A stretch of 64,000 nucleotides of DNA from an uncultured cyanobacterium (GTDB taxonomy: Bacteria > Cyanobacteriota > Cyanobacteriia > Cyanobacteriales > Nostocaceae), in contig OY970166.1 in assembly GCA_963706595.1 (NCBI GenBank), positions 5,312,001-5,376,000 of the forward strand. Reading direction: 5' to 3'. Positions 1 to 9,394 of the stretch are shown here, piece after piece. Position 1 is the first letter of the stretch; each line of letters begins with the position of its first letter. The translations under genes were made by a program, and so were the position numbers. The notes below the pieces were generated by a model. The model was not told the DNA's origin and made no database searches. It saw only the letters and a program-made list of their open reading frames with translations.

Positions 1-473
1 CACCGACTTCTTTACCTGTGGGACGCGATCGCAATTACCCAGACAAAAAACCTCCCTTAGCATTAGCAGAGGTATGGCAACGGTATATTATCAAACCAAA
101 ACCCATCCCCGAAATGAAAGCCGTGCAGAAGGAAACAGGGGATATAGTGGGGATTAATTTAGAAGCCATTAGCCAAATTCAAGCATTCACTCGTCAAAAC
201 AATAGCGAATTTTTGCTGCTGATGACTCCTTTATTACGAGAAATCGGTGAACCAGGTCCCCGTGACTACGAAATTAAAACTCGTCAAAGACTGATTTCGT
301 TTACGCAAGCACAGCAAATTACGTATATAGATTTTTTACCTTTACTCAATGCACGTCCAGATCCAAAAGCCTTATATCAAGATCATATTCACTTCAACTT
401 GCAAGGTAATCAGTTGATCAGTGAAGTTATAGAGCGATCGCTTCTTTTATTCCTGAATCCACAGACACGATAA
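1..473 (+). CDS. SGNH/GDSL hydrolase family protein, C-terminal part (5' end outside window)
   Basis: Open frame from the window edge; C-terminal DHIHFNLQGNQLI is the SGNH block V DxxH motif. Confidence 0.75.
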   Translation, partial: PTSLPVGRDRNYPDKKPPLALAEVWQRYIIKPKPIPEMKAVQKETGDIVGINLEAISQIQAFTRQNNSEFLLLMTPLLREIGEPGPRDYEIKTRQRLISFTQAQQITYIDFLPLLNARPDPKALYQDHIHFNLQGNQLISEVIERSLLLFLNPQTR

Positions 474-677
474 GTCACGTCTGTATAATTAAGTGCTGAG
501 TGAGAAGAAGGGTTATTTGTCTCTAAGAGGATGTTTGAGAAGTTTTGGGCGAATATAATATGGCTACCACAGAGGCACAGAGGACACAGAGTCAAGAGGA
601 TTTGAGAGATTTTTTGCGTTAAGTGGTTGAGTGTTTTTTTATTTGGAAGTCCCTTACTTAACAACCGTTCCTCTTCT

Positions 678-746
678 CCCCTGCCCCCTGCCCCCTGCAC
701 CCGTTCCTCTTCTCCCCACTCCCCACTCCCCACTCCCCACTCCCCA
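678..746. repeat. STRR heptamer tandem repeats (CCCCTGC, CCCCACT)
   Basis: Tandem 7-mers visible directly; typical of heterocystous cyanobacteria. Confidence 0.9.
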
Positions 747-1769
747 TTAAAGCGCATCCATAAACTGCTGTACTTTTTGCAAGTGCGGCTGAGATTCGAT
801 GGCTTTCGCTAAACTTTGAGCATTGTGGTAGTAAGATAGCGCTAACTTTTTGCGTTTAGTTTTAGCGTAAAAGTTACCCATATTCAGCAGCGTGGAAATT
901 TCTCCCAGACAATCACCAATTTCTTGATAAATAGCGATCGCTTGCTCATAATATTTCATCGCCTGACGATTATTCGCCAACAGACTGTAGGTAAAACCAA
1001 GATTATGTAGGGTTGTCCCTTCACCTGCGCGATCCTTAATCGCCCGACGTGTTAATAAAACTTGATGGTAAAGTAACAGGGCTTTTTTCGGTTCTCCTAA
1101 GTCACCATACACAGAAGCAATATTATTTAAGGTAGTAGCTTCGCCCATCACATTCTTGACAGCTCGTTGAATTGGGAGCGCTGCTTGCAAAAATTCTAAA
1201 GCTTGTTCATACTGCCCTAAAGTGCTGTAAGCATAACCAATACCATTGAGGGTAGTTGCTTCACCAGAAAAATCTCCTAATGAGCGACGCATCGCCAAAA
1301 TTTGGGATTGTAGCAACAGCGATCGCTTGGGTTTGCCCAATTTGGTGTAAATTAGGGCAACATCATTGAGAGTAGAAACTTCGCCTTGAGTATCTTGCAA
1401 ATCTCTGAAGATGCGTAATGCTTGATCAAAATACTCCAGCGATCGCGATAATCGCCCCAAACGGCTGTAAGTAGAACCGAGATTGCTCAGTGCGATCGCT
1501 TCGGCTCGCCTGTTACCAAGTTCCGTCGCTACCAAACGGGCTTGCTGAAAACACTCTAACGCCTGTAAAGGTTGGCAACAACTCAAATGCGCTAAACCAA
1601 TATCATTCAATGTATGGCCTTCTCTGGCTCGGTCTGGAATGGCTCTGGCTAACTGTAAATTCTCACTGGCAAAATTGAGATATTCTTGAAACTGCCCCTG
1701 TTTATAGTAGCGGCTGGCTTCGTTACGGCGTTGTTCCCACTCGTGGACTTGATTAAAAGCTTGCGTCAT
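747..1769 (-). CDS. Tetratricopeptide repeat protein
   Basis: Repeated ~40-aa units such as GEATTLNNIASVY..LG...KAL..Y.Q.L. Confidence 0.9.
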   Translation of the reverse strand: MTQAFNQVHEWEQRRNEASRYYKQGQFQEYLNFASENLQLARAIPDRAREGHTLNDIGLAHLSCCQPLQALECFQQARLVATELGNRRAEAIALSNLGSTYSRLGRLSRSLEYFDQALRIFRDLQDTQGEVSTLNDVALIYTKLGKPKRSLLLQSQILAMRRSLGDFSGEATTLNGIGYAYSTLGQYEQALEFLQAALPIQRAVKNVMGEATTLNNIASVYGDLGEPKKALLLYHQVLLTRRAIKDRAGEGTTLHNLGFTYSLLANNRQAMKYYEQAIAIYQEIGDCLGEISTLLNMGNFYAKTKRKKLALSYYHNAQSLAKAIESQPHLQKVQQFMDAL

Positions 1770-1925
1770 CTGACCCCGGTTACACTCTGCGATGAATTGG
1801 CAAGTGATTTTTGGGAATGTACCCTTTGGAGGATTCCCAAGTTTAAGTTAATTGTTATATTCTACCTTGAGAGATAAAAAGTAAATAGAGTTTTAATAAA
1901 AAAATATATCTATAGATACTTGACT

Positions 1926-1990
1926 GGGGAGTGGGGAGTAGGGAGTGGGGAGTAGGGAGTGGGGAATGGGGAATGGGGAGTGGGGAATGG
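1926..1990. repeat. STRR heptamer tandem repeats (GGGGAGT/GGGGAAT)
   Basis: Tandem 7-mers visible directly. Confidence 0.9.
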
Positions 1991-2000
1991 TCCGTAAAGA

Positions 2001-2098
2001 ATTTTGGATTTGCGTTAGCGAAGCGTACGCAGCGCAGCGAGTATTTTAGATTGCAGTCTAATCCAAAATCTAAAATCTAAAATCTAAAATTGATTGAC
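2001..2098. repeat. Dispersed ~98-bp repeat ending in AATCTAA tandem units; near-identical copy at 53906-54003
   Basis: Direct comparison: two copies with 2 visible mismatches, both following GGGGAGT STRR arrays. Confidence 0.85.
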
Positions 2099-2688
2099 TA
2101 ATAACGAATCCAGAGAGCTAACCCACCCCCACGACCACGAGCCGCAATAAAATCTTCTGTCACCACAAAGAAAGCAAAAAAAGGTAATTTAGCTATAGGC
2201 TGCTCATAAAAATCCTCAGTTGGAGCCTTACCAGAGCGAATCTGCTTGTTGTAGAGAATACGACCAAACAAACACAAAAGCAGATAATTAAAGTCAAAAG
2301 CCAATATATTTTTCTTGCCTAAATATTGTGCTGGTCCCGTCAGCTGCAACAACAACGGTCCCAATTGTACCTGATTACCAATTTCGCCTTTAGTTGAATC
2401 CTGGTCTAAAGAAGCACTAAAAGAAATCTGGATAGCTACAAATTTTGGCACATACAAACCCTTCCCTAAGATAATTCCACCTCGTTTTCGAGCTTTTTTA
2501 GTTCCAGTAGCAAAGCAAAGTTGCCATTTGCCCAGCAGCGCTTCAAAGGGATAAGTCAGGCGTTCCTGTTTGGCAGCTTTTTCAGCTTCTAATAAGGCAT
2601 TTACAAGTGTTTGGGCTGTGGGACGCGCGCCCCCTTGTCCGCGATATGCAGCCACTGCTTGAGATAGGGTAGATGTGAAATCAGTCAT
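2098..2688 (-). CDS. Conserved cyanobacterial hypothetical protein, PAP/fibrillin-like
   Basis: LLGKWQLCFAT near the N-terminus and ARGRGGGLALW at the C-terminus resemble fibrillin/lipocalin-like proteins. Confidence 0.55.
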   Translation of the reverse strand: MTDFTSTLSQAVAAYRGQGGARPTAQTLVNALLEAEKAAKQERLTYPFEALLGKWQLCFATGTKKARKRGGIILGKGLYVPKFVAIQISFSASLDQDSTKGEIGNQVQLGPLLLQLTGPAQYLGKKNILAFDFNYLLLCLFGRILYNKQIRSGKAPTEDFYEQPIAKLPFFAFFVVTEDFIAARGRGGGLALWIRY

Positions 2689-2866
2689 TTAGTATATTTC
2701 TATGAAGTATTTTTTAAATAGCTTGAAATTATAGCACAATAGAATAACAAGTTTTCTCAAAATCTCGGTTGCTGGTAACTCAACAAGATTGTCTTTGGTG
2801 TGGTTTAAGTAGGGTGCAAAACTTATAACTCAACTGGCTGACCTGTAGACGTTGCGAGGTGACAAT

Positions 2867-3424
2867 ATGGATGCTAACAAAATCCTGAATCTTTATGCAG
2901 CAGGAGAACGCACATTTAATCGAGCCAATTTACATCAAATAAATCTTTCTGCTGTTAACTTGAGCGGTGCTAACTTTACTGAAGCTGACTTGAGTGGTGC
3001 TAACCTGACTCAAGCCGATTTGAGTGGATGTAACTTTAGTCGGGCAAATCTGACTGATGCTGACCTGAGTGGTGCAAACTTGAAGAGTGCAAACTTGAGT
3101 GAAGTCAACTTGATTGGCGCTGACCTGATTAGAGTTAATCTAGAGGAGACTAACTTGAGTCGTGCAGACTTGCGGAGTGCAAATTTAGAAATTGCCAACT
3201 TGGTAGATGCAAACTTGAGTGAAGCCGAAATGAGTGGCGCAAATTTCAGAAATGCTAATCTGAGAAAGGCTAATTTAATTGCTTGCAATATCAATGAAGC
3301 AGAACTCAATGGTGCAGATTTAACAGGAGCAATTATCACTGAGCCAGAAAAATGTGAAGAAATCTTGCATATAGGAATATCTCATAAATGGGTAACATGG
3401 GCTGGCAGTTATTCCTATTCTTAG
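2867..3424 (+). CDS. Pentapeptide repeat protein
   Basis: Continuous A(D/N)Lxx repeats; ATG at 2867 preceded by GAGG. Confidence 0.92.
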   Translation: MDANKILNLYAAGERTFNRANLHQINLSAVNLSGANFTEADLSGANLTQADLSGCNFSRANLTDADLSGANLKSANLSEVNLIGADLIRVNLEETNLSRADLRSANLEIANLVDANLSEAEMSGANFRNANLRKANLIACNINEAELNGADLTGAIITEPEKCEEILHIGISHKWVTWAGSYSYS

Positions 3425-3476
3425 CAGTGCGGAATTCATCGAAGAACCTCACCTCCAACCCCTCTCCTTAGCAAGG

Positions 3477-3621
3477 CTATCGTGTACACACAAGTCTTAT
3501 TAATTTGCCTAACAGCGTTTCGATCCCCCCTAACCCCCCTTTATCAGGTGGAAAAATTTCTTAAAGTCCCCCTTTATCAGGGGGATTTAGGGGGATCAGA
3601 TCACTTGTGTGTACACCGTAG
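3477..3621. mobile_element. MITE with CTA(C/T)(G/C)GTGTACACACAAGT terminal inverted repeats and CCTTAGCAAGG target duplication
   Basis: TIRs at both ends; identical 11-bp CCTTAGCAAGG at 3466-3476 and 3622-3632; inverted copy at 32120-32266. Confidence 0.8.
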
Positions 3622-3701
3622 CCTTAGCAAGGAGAGGGGAGAATTTTAGATAAGTTCCAGAAGGGGCGAGGTAAAAAACCAGATTTGCAATGCTAGAAAT
3701 C

Positions 3702-4058
3702 CTAATAAACTAACGGTGCTATACCGCGCATTTGACGCAAAGCATTTATACACTGTGGACAGTCACAGTTAAATAACTTAACGGCCATATCACTTTCTTC
3801 AATATTAAAGGCTAGCAAGTTATCTTCATTTTCACCAGCCAACTCAACTCCCGGTTTATACTCAGGAATTTGAGCCAATACGGAAGCTCTAGCACACACT
3901 GGCTTCCATATATGTTGATTCTGGACACAGGTTAGTTTATCTGTATTATTTGCTTCTGTGTCGGCCGCTTGTGCTTGGTTAGCCATTGCTCCCATAGAGA
4001 GAATAGAACTAACTAGCATGGGAGTGGAAAGCAAACTAAGTATCGTTTTTTTGTTCAT
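3702..4058 (-). CDS. Small secreted Cys-rich hypothetical protein (C-terminal CDCPQC)
   Basis: Sec-type signal peptide ending AQA-A; 5 Cys including CxCxxC; last gene of the Zur-box operon. Confidence 0.7.
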   Translation of the reverse strand: MNKKTILSLLSTPMLVSSILSMGAMANQAQAADTEANNTDKLTCVQNQHIWKPVCARASVLAQIPEYKPGVELAGENEDNLLAFNIEESDMAVKLFNCDCPQCINALRQMRGIAPLVY

Positions 4059-4130
4059 GAGGTTTCCTTTTAAAACAATCCTGATTGCCCAGATTATCCG
4101 ATTACATCTTACGATTCAAGTAAATGTCAA

Positions 4131-5579
4131 TCAGGAATGCCAACGAGTTGTACCATCTGATTGATCGATTAAAGTAATGCCAAGTTCCTGTAATTCATGG
4201 CGAATGCGATCGCTTGCGGCAAAATTCTTGGTTTTACGGGCTGTTTGTCGCTGCTGAATCAAAGTTTCAATTTCCTCTTCATTTAACCCGCTAGGGTTGA
4301 CGCTGGGGGCTTCTGGTTGAGCTTCCAGTCCTAAGACTTGAGCTAAATTCACCAGAGTTTGCCATTGCTGCTGAATTTGTGCTGGGGGACTGTCTGTTTT
4401 GCCTTCGTGAGTCAATAAATTACTTTGACGGCGTAATTCCTTAGCCAGTTCAAATACAACTGCTAATGCTCCTGGCGTGTTAAAGTCATCATCCATCGCC
4501 GCTTGAAAACTCTCAATGTAAGGACTATTCCCACTCCCCCGGTTACTGAGCGGAGTCGAAGTAACTCCCCACTCCCTAAAACCAAACAGTAAACCTTCTT
4601 TTACAGTCTTCCAAGCGTTTTCTGCCGAGGCGATCGCATCCGATGTAAAATCTAAAGGTCGGCGATAATGTCCTTGTAAAATAAACAATCTCACCACCAT
4701 CGGGTCAATCCCTTGATCCAATAACTCGCGAATTGTGGTAAAATTGCCTAAAGACTTAGACATTTTCTCACCGTTCACAGTTACCATGCCATTGTGTATC
4801 CAGTAACGCGCCAAAGGTTTACCAGTAACCACTTCTGATTGAGCGATTTCATTCTCATGGTGAGGAAAGACCAAATCACCACCACCGCCATGAATATCAA
4901 TAGTATCGCCCAGTATTGATCTGACCATTGCTGAACATTCAATGTGCCATCCTGGACGACCAGCACCCCAAGGCGAATCCCATGCTGGTTCCCCTGGTTT
5001 AGCGGCTTTCCACAAGGCAAAATCCGCCGAGTTTTGTTTTTTCTGTGCTGATGAATCTTCGACATCTACTCGACCACTAGCCCCGGCCTGCATATCTTCT
5101 GCAACGCGCCCGGAGAGTTTGCCATATTCGGAGAAGTTACGCACATTGTAATAAACATCGCCATTGGCGGCGTAGGCGTAACCTCTTTTTTCTAATTCCT
5201 GAATTAATTGATGGATGCTGCTGATATGTTCAGTTACACGGGGATATGCTGACGCATCTATGACATTTAAGCGTCTGATATCCTCAAAATAAGCATCTAT
5301 ATAGCGCTGAGAAACTTCCTGCATCGAAGTTCCTTCTAAATTGGCGCGGTTGAGAATTTTATCGTCAATGTCGGTAAAGTTCTGCACGTATTCAATTTCA
5401 TATCCTAGCCACTGAAAATAGCGCCGGACTACATCCCAACCTATATAAGAACGCGCATGACCCAGATGACAGTAATCGTACACCGTGACACCACAGCAAT
5501 ACATTTTCACCTTACCTGGTTCTTGCGGTTGGAAGGCTTCTTTTCGACGGGTGAGGGTATTGTAGATTGTCAGGGTCAT
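4131..5579 (-). CDS. cysS: Cysteinyl-tRNA synthetase (probably a zinc-regulon paralogue)
   Basis: CGVTVYDYCHLGHAR (HIGH-like), GRPGWHIECSAM, DIHGGGGDLVFPHHENE, KMSKS. Confidence 0.95.
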   Translation of the reverse strand: MTLTIYNTLTRRKEAFQPQEPGKVKMYCCGVTVYDYCHLGHARSYIGWDVVRRYFQWLGYEIEYVQNFTDIDDKILNRANLEGTSMQEVSQRYIDAYFEDIRRLNVIDASAYPRVTEHISSIHQLIQELEKRGYAYAANGDVYYNVRNFSEYGKLSGRVAEDMQAGASGRVDVEDSSAQKKQNSADFALWKAAKPGEPAWDSPWGAGRPGWHIECSAMVRSILGDTIDIHGGGGDLVFPHHENEIAQSEVVTGKPLARYWIHNGMVTVNGEKMSKSLGNFTTIRELLDQGIDPMVVRLFILQGHYRRPLDFTSDAIASAENAWKTVKEGLLFGFREWGVTSTPLSNRGSGNSPYIESFQAAMDDDFNTPGALAVVFELAKELRRQSNLLTHEGKTDSPPAQIQQQWQTLVNLAQVLGLEAQPEAPSVNPSGLNEEEIETLIQQRQTARKTKNFAASDRIRHELQELGITLIDQSDGTTRWHS

Positions 5580-5630
5580 CAGTTATCAGTTATCAGTTAT
5601 CAGTTATCAGTTATCAGTTATCAGTTATCA
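5579..5630. repeat. STRR heptamer (AGTTATC)x7 spanning the hisI stop and abutting the cysS start
   Basis: Tandem 7-mers visible directly. Confidence 0.9.
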
Positions 5631-5943
5631 GGACGGAATTGAAAAAACAGCTTCTTGCACCAGTATGACAAGCGATGTCGCCAATTTGCTCGACTTTAAT
5701 CAAGATTGTGTCGCCGTCGCAGTCGTAAAATAATTCTTTGACTTTTTGAATGTGTCCAGATGTCGCGCCTTTATGCCACAGTTCGGAACGTGAACGACTC
5801 CAGTAATGGGCTTCCCCGGTGGCTAGGGTTTGTTCGATGGATTGCTGATTCATCCATGCCATCATTAACACTGTGCCATCTTTATGGTCTTGGGCGATCG
5901 CTGGAATCAAACCTTGATGATTAAACTGTAATTCTGAAATCAT
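5614..5943 (-). CDS. hisI: Phosphoribosyl-AMP cyclohydrolase (stand-alone HisI)
   Basis: [49 protein letters not shown]. Confidence 0.95.
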   Translation of the reverse strand: MISELQFNHQGLIPAIAQDHKDGTVLMMAWMNQQSIEQTLATGEAHYWSRSRSELWHKGATSGHIQKVKELFYDCDGDTILIKVEQIGDIACHTGARSCFFNSVLITDN

Positions 5944-6115
5944 AATTTCGCTTCTTGTTTAATTTTAAACTCATGCAACACTAGAATTTTTTAGTATATT
6001 TTATGACTTATAGTTAATTTGTAACTTCTAATTTATTTATTAAAGTAGAGACAAGAATTGTCCCATCTCTACATCTAAATCAAGAGCTAGATAGATTTAG
6101 CTCTATGATATCGAT

Positions 6116-6766
6116 TTAATGAAAGTTAGCATTGTGACGGATCAAATTCATAAATTCTGTGCGAGTTTTGGAATCTTCTGCAAAAACTCCACGCATGGCA
6201 CTACTCACAGTCCAAGAACCGGGCTTCTGCACACCACGCATGACCATACACATGTGGGTTGCTTCCACAACGACTGCTACACCTTGGGGTTTGAGTAAAT
6301 TTTGCAATGCGTCAGCAATTTGGGTTGTGAGACGTTCTTGGACTTGCAAACGTCGTCCATACATTTCACAAATCCGGGCAATTTTCGATAAACCGATGAC
6401 TTTACCGTTGGGAATATAGGCAACATGAGCGCGGCCGATAATTGGCAGGATATGATGCTCACAGGAACTGAAAATATCGATGTCCCGAACCAACACCATT
6501 TCATTGGCATCTTCTGTAAACACTGCTCCATTTAGCAGTTCATCCAATGAATCAGTGTATCCCTTTGTGAGAAACTGCAAGGCTTTCATGACTCTTTTGG
6601 GAGTGTCTTTGAGTCCTTCGCGGTCTGGATCTTCTCCTAATCCAATCAACAAAGTCCGCACAGCCTGCATCATTTCTGCTTCTGTTACTTTTGGCTGCTT
6701 TTGAGCAGTTAAAGACGATAGTACCTGATCGGCAGAAGTTAGATCGGGACGAATCGATAAAGTCAT
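6116..6766 (-). CDS. folE: GTP cyclohydrolase I
   Basis: [50 protein letters not shown]. Confidence 0.97.
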   Translation of the reverse strand: MTLSIRPDLTSADQVLSSLTAQKQPKVTEAEMMQAVRTLLIGLGEDPDREGLKDTPKRVMKALQFLTKGYTDSLDELLNGAVFTEDANEMVLVRDIDIFSSCEHHILPIIGRAHVAYIPNGKVIGLSKIARICEMYGRRLQVQERLTTQIADALQNLLKPQGVAVVVEATHMCMVMRGVQKPGSWTVSSAMRGVFAEDSKTRTEFMNLIRHNANFH

Positions 6767-6884
6767 TTTTTGAGTTTTATTAGGAATGTTTTGCTGAATT
6801 AGTCAGTTGTGAGATTTCGGTGGTCATTGACCTCTGACTACCCCTGACTAATTAATGAGTGTAACATAACTTTACACGTTCTCA

Positions 6885-7931
6885 TCATACCAAACATTTA
6901 TGCAAATGAGTGTGAATTTCACTGGTTTTCAAGTTTCTGCCAATAAAAACTAGCTGATTTTTTGGTGGAGAATACCAATCATCGGCGTGTAAATTGTAAC
7001 GGGGTCCACTAAGTTGAAAGATATGACGCAGATCACTGTCATTAAACCAAAGTATGCCTTTTGCACGAAATACTCCAGCTGGCATTTCTTCGGTGAGGAA
7101 GGCTTCAAACTTGTGGACATCAAAAGGGCGATCGCTTTGAAAGGAAATAGAGATAAAGCCATCATTATCTAAGTGATCTGAGTGATGGTGATGATGTTCG
7201 TGTTCGTGATGGTGTTCATGATCATGATGATGGTCTTCATGCTCCTTCTGGGCATCCGCCTCGGCAATAGAGATATACTCTTGCTGGGGTGTTAGCTGCG
7301 TGTCCAAAATCAATGGTAAAGGAACTTCCCCATATTGGGTGTGCAGAATCTTCGCACCCACTTTCACTTCCTTAATGTAGGTTTCAACTGCTGTGATTTT
7401 TTCTGGAGTAGCAAGATCAACTTTATTCAGGAGAATTATATCTCCATAAGTTATCTGTTTTAAAGCCGATTCACTCTCAAAATGTTCCGCATCAAAAGCT
7501 TCTACATCTACCAAAGTAATAATAGAATCAAGATTGGTTAAATCTCTGAGTTCTGTGCCTAAAAATGTTAAGATAATTGGTAATGGGTCAGCCACACCTG
7601 TAGTTTCAATTACGAGATAATCAATGCGGTCTTCTCTTTCTAATATGCGATAGACAGCATCAACCAAGCCATCATTGATAGTACAACAAATACAACCATT
7701 GCTGAGTTCCATCATGTCTTGGTCTACAGAAACTAGCAATTGGCTATCTATGTTAATATCGCCAAATTCATTAACTAGGACAGCAACTTTTAAATTTTCT
7801 TTGTTTTTCAGTATTTGATTGAGAAGGGTGGTTTTCCCACTTCCTAAAAATCCGGTAATTAGAGTTACTGGCATTCCTCTTTTAGGAATCTCTGGTATGA
7901 TTTCGATTTGTGATGGTGTGAGAGTAGTCAT
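6885..7931 (-). CDS. COG0523/CobW-family zinc metallochaperone GTPase with His-rich stretch
   Basis: GFLGSGKTT, VNEFG, GCICC, IETTGVADP, NKVD, poly-His linker, CobW_C FRAKG. Confidence 0.93.
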   Translation of the reverse strand: MTTLTPSQIEIIPEIPKRGMPVTLITGFLGSGKTTLLNQILKNKENLKVAVLVNEFGDINIDSQLLVSVDQDMMELSNGCICCTINDGLVDAVYRILEREDRIDYLVIETTGVADPLPIILTFLGTELRDLTNLDSIITLVDVEAFDAEHFESESALKQITYGDIILLNKVDLATPEKITAVETYIKEVKVGAKILHTQYGEVPLPLILDTQLTPQQEYISIAEADAQKEHEDHHHDHEHHHEHEHHHHHSDHLDNDGFISISFQSDRPFDVHKFEAFLTEEMPAGVFRAKGILWFNDSDLRHIFQLSGPRYNLHADDWYSPPKNQLVFIGRNLKTSEIHTHLHKCLV

Positions 7932-8003
7932 ATTACATCCTATTTTTATGAGTGACGAACCGCCAAGTCGCCAAGGTCGCCAAGGAAGAAGAGTTGAGGG
8001 TTT

Positions 8004-9248
8004 TTAGATTGGTTGTTTGGTGGCGATCGCCTCCTGCAAACGTGATAAAATTTCATCGGTGGTTAGTACACCTAAATCACCATTTTGCCGAGTCCGAATA
8101 CTCAAACTTTGGTTCTCCACCTCTTTCTTCCCAATCACAGCGACAACAGGAATCTTTGCTAATTCGGCTGTACGAATTTGTTTACCTAATCGTTCACCAC
8201 TATTATCTACTTCCACCCGAATCCCGGCTTTCTTGAAAATAGCAGATACAGATTTAGCATATTCGCGCACGTCATCACTAACAGGTAATAACCTGATTTG
8301 CACTGGTGCTAACCATAAAGGAAAATCACCTGCATAGTTTTCAATTAAAATGCCAAAAAAGCGCTCTAAAGAACCAAATATCGCCCGATGAATCATAATT
8401 GGTCTTTGGCGATCGCCTTCGGAAGCAACATACTCCATATTAAAGCGTTCCGGCAAGTTAAAATCAACTTGAATAGTGGAACATTGCCAACTCCGACCAA
8501 TAGCATCTTTAATTTTAATGTCGATTTTAGGTCCATAAAAAGCCCCACCACCAGCATCAATAATATAATTCCAACCTTTGGTATTTAATGCTTCTTTAAG
8601 TGCCGCAGTGGCTAACTCCCAAACCTGATCATTTCCCACTGATTTCTCAGGACGAGTAGATAAATTAACTTCGTAATCAGTAAAGCCAAAATCTGACAAA
8701 ATTTGTTCAGTCAGGTTTAAAACACCGAGAATTTCCGGCGCAATTTGTGCGGGTAAACAGAAAATATGAGCATCATCTTGAGTGAAACCCCGCACCCGCA
8801 TCAAACCGTGTAAAGCCCCAGAACGTTCATAGCGGTAAACAGTTCCCAGTTCACACACCCGAATCGGTAACTCTCTATATGAGTGCAGTTCATGCTTATA
8901 GGTGAGAACGTGGAAAGGACAATTCATCGGCTTGAGTTGATACGCTTGTTGTTCCACATCGATGGAATCAAACATATTTTCTCGATAAAAATCAAAGTGT
9001 CCCGATGTTTTCCACAATTCTAAATTAGCAACATGGGGAGTGTATAATAATTGATAATCAGCTTCAAGGTGCGATCGCTTCCAATAGTCTTCAATAATAT
9101 GGCGAATTTGCGCTCCTTTAGGATGCCAAAATACCAAACCACCGCCAGCATCCTCTTGAATACTGAACGCGCAAGTGTGACGAAGCCGTGCAAGCTTTTC
9201 CTCCTGCTGTTGCAAATTCCCCTGGGACTGAATAACAGAACTAACCAT
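8004..9248 (-). CDS. thrS: Threonyl-tRNA synthetase paralogue (T2-like) with in-frame loss of the N2 editing domain
   Basis: Catalytic motifs [53 protein letters not shown] and the anticodon domain are present; RHTCA is joined directly to FSIQEDAG. Confidence 0.9.
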   Translation of the reverse strand: MVSSVIQSQGNLQQQEEKLARLRHTCAFSIQEDAGGGLVFWHPKGAQIRHIIEDYWKRSHLEADYQLLYTPHVANLELWKTSGHFDFYRENMFDSIDVEQQAYQLKPMNCPFHVLTYKHELHSYRELPIRVCELGTVYRYERSGALHGLMRVRGFTQDDAHIFCLPAQIAPEILGVLNLTEQILSDFGFTDYEVNLSTRPEKSVGNDQVWELATAALKEALNTKGWNYIIDAGGGAFYGPKIDIKIKDAIGRSWQCSTIQVDFNLPERFNMEYVASEGDRQRPIMIHRAIFGSLERFFGILIENYAGDFPLWLAPVQIRLLPVSDDVREYAKSVSAIFKKAGIRVEVDNSGERLGKQIRTAELAKIPVVAVIGKKEVENQSLSIRTRQNGDLGVLTTDEILSRLQEAIATKQPI

Positions 9249-9265
9249 AATCAATCATAAAATAA

Positions 9266-9280
9266 TGAGAATCGTTATCA
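9266..9280. promoter_or_regulatory. Zur-box-like 7-1-7 palindrome (TGATAAC-G-ATTCTCA on minus strand)
   Basis: 2 mismatches to the cyanobacterial Zur consensus TGATAATnATTATCA; ~18 bp upstream of the thrS ATG, next to a TATTAT -10-like hexamer; downstream genes are known Zur-regulon types. Confidence 0.75.
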
Positions 9281-9394
9281 TAATAGCGCAAAAGAAACCC
9301 ATTGCCAAAAATACCTTTCCTCTTCTTTCCACCTTTGCGTCTTTGCGCCTAACGCACTTCGTGCTTCGCTTCGCTGATGCGTGACACTAATTTC

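Noticed and set aside
410..812. ORFs with GEWGVGSGEWG / PHSPLPTPHSP peptides (similar one at 53631-53879)
   Set aside because: They are read-through of STRR heptamer repeats and overlap real genes.
3010..3339. Antisense ORF with periodic sequence
   Set aside because: It is the shadow of the pentapeptide repeat gene on the opposite strand.
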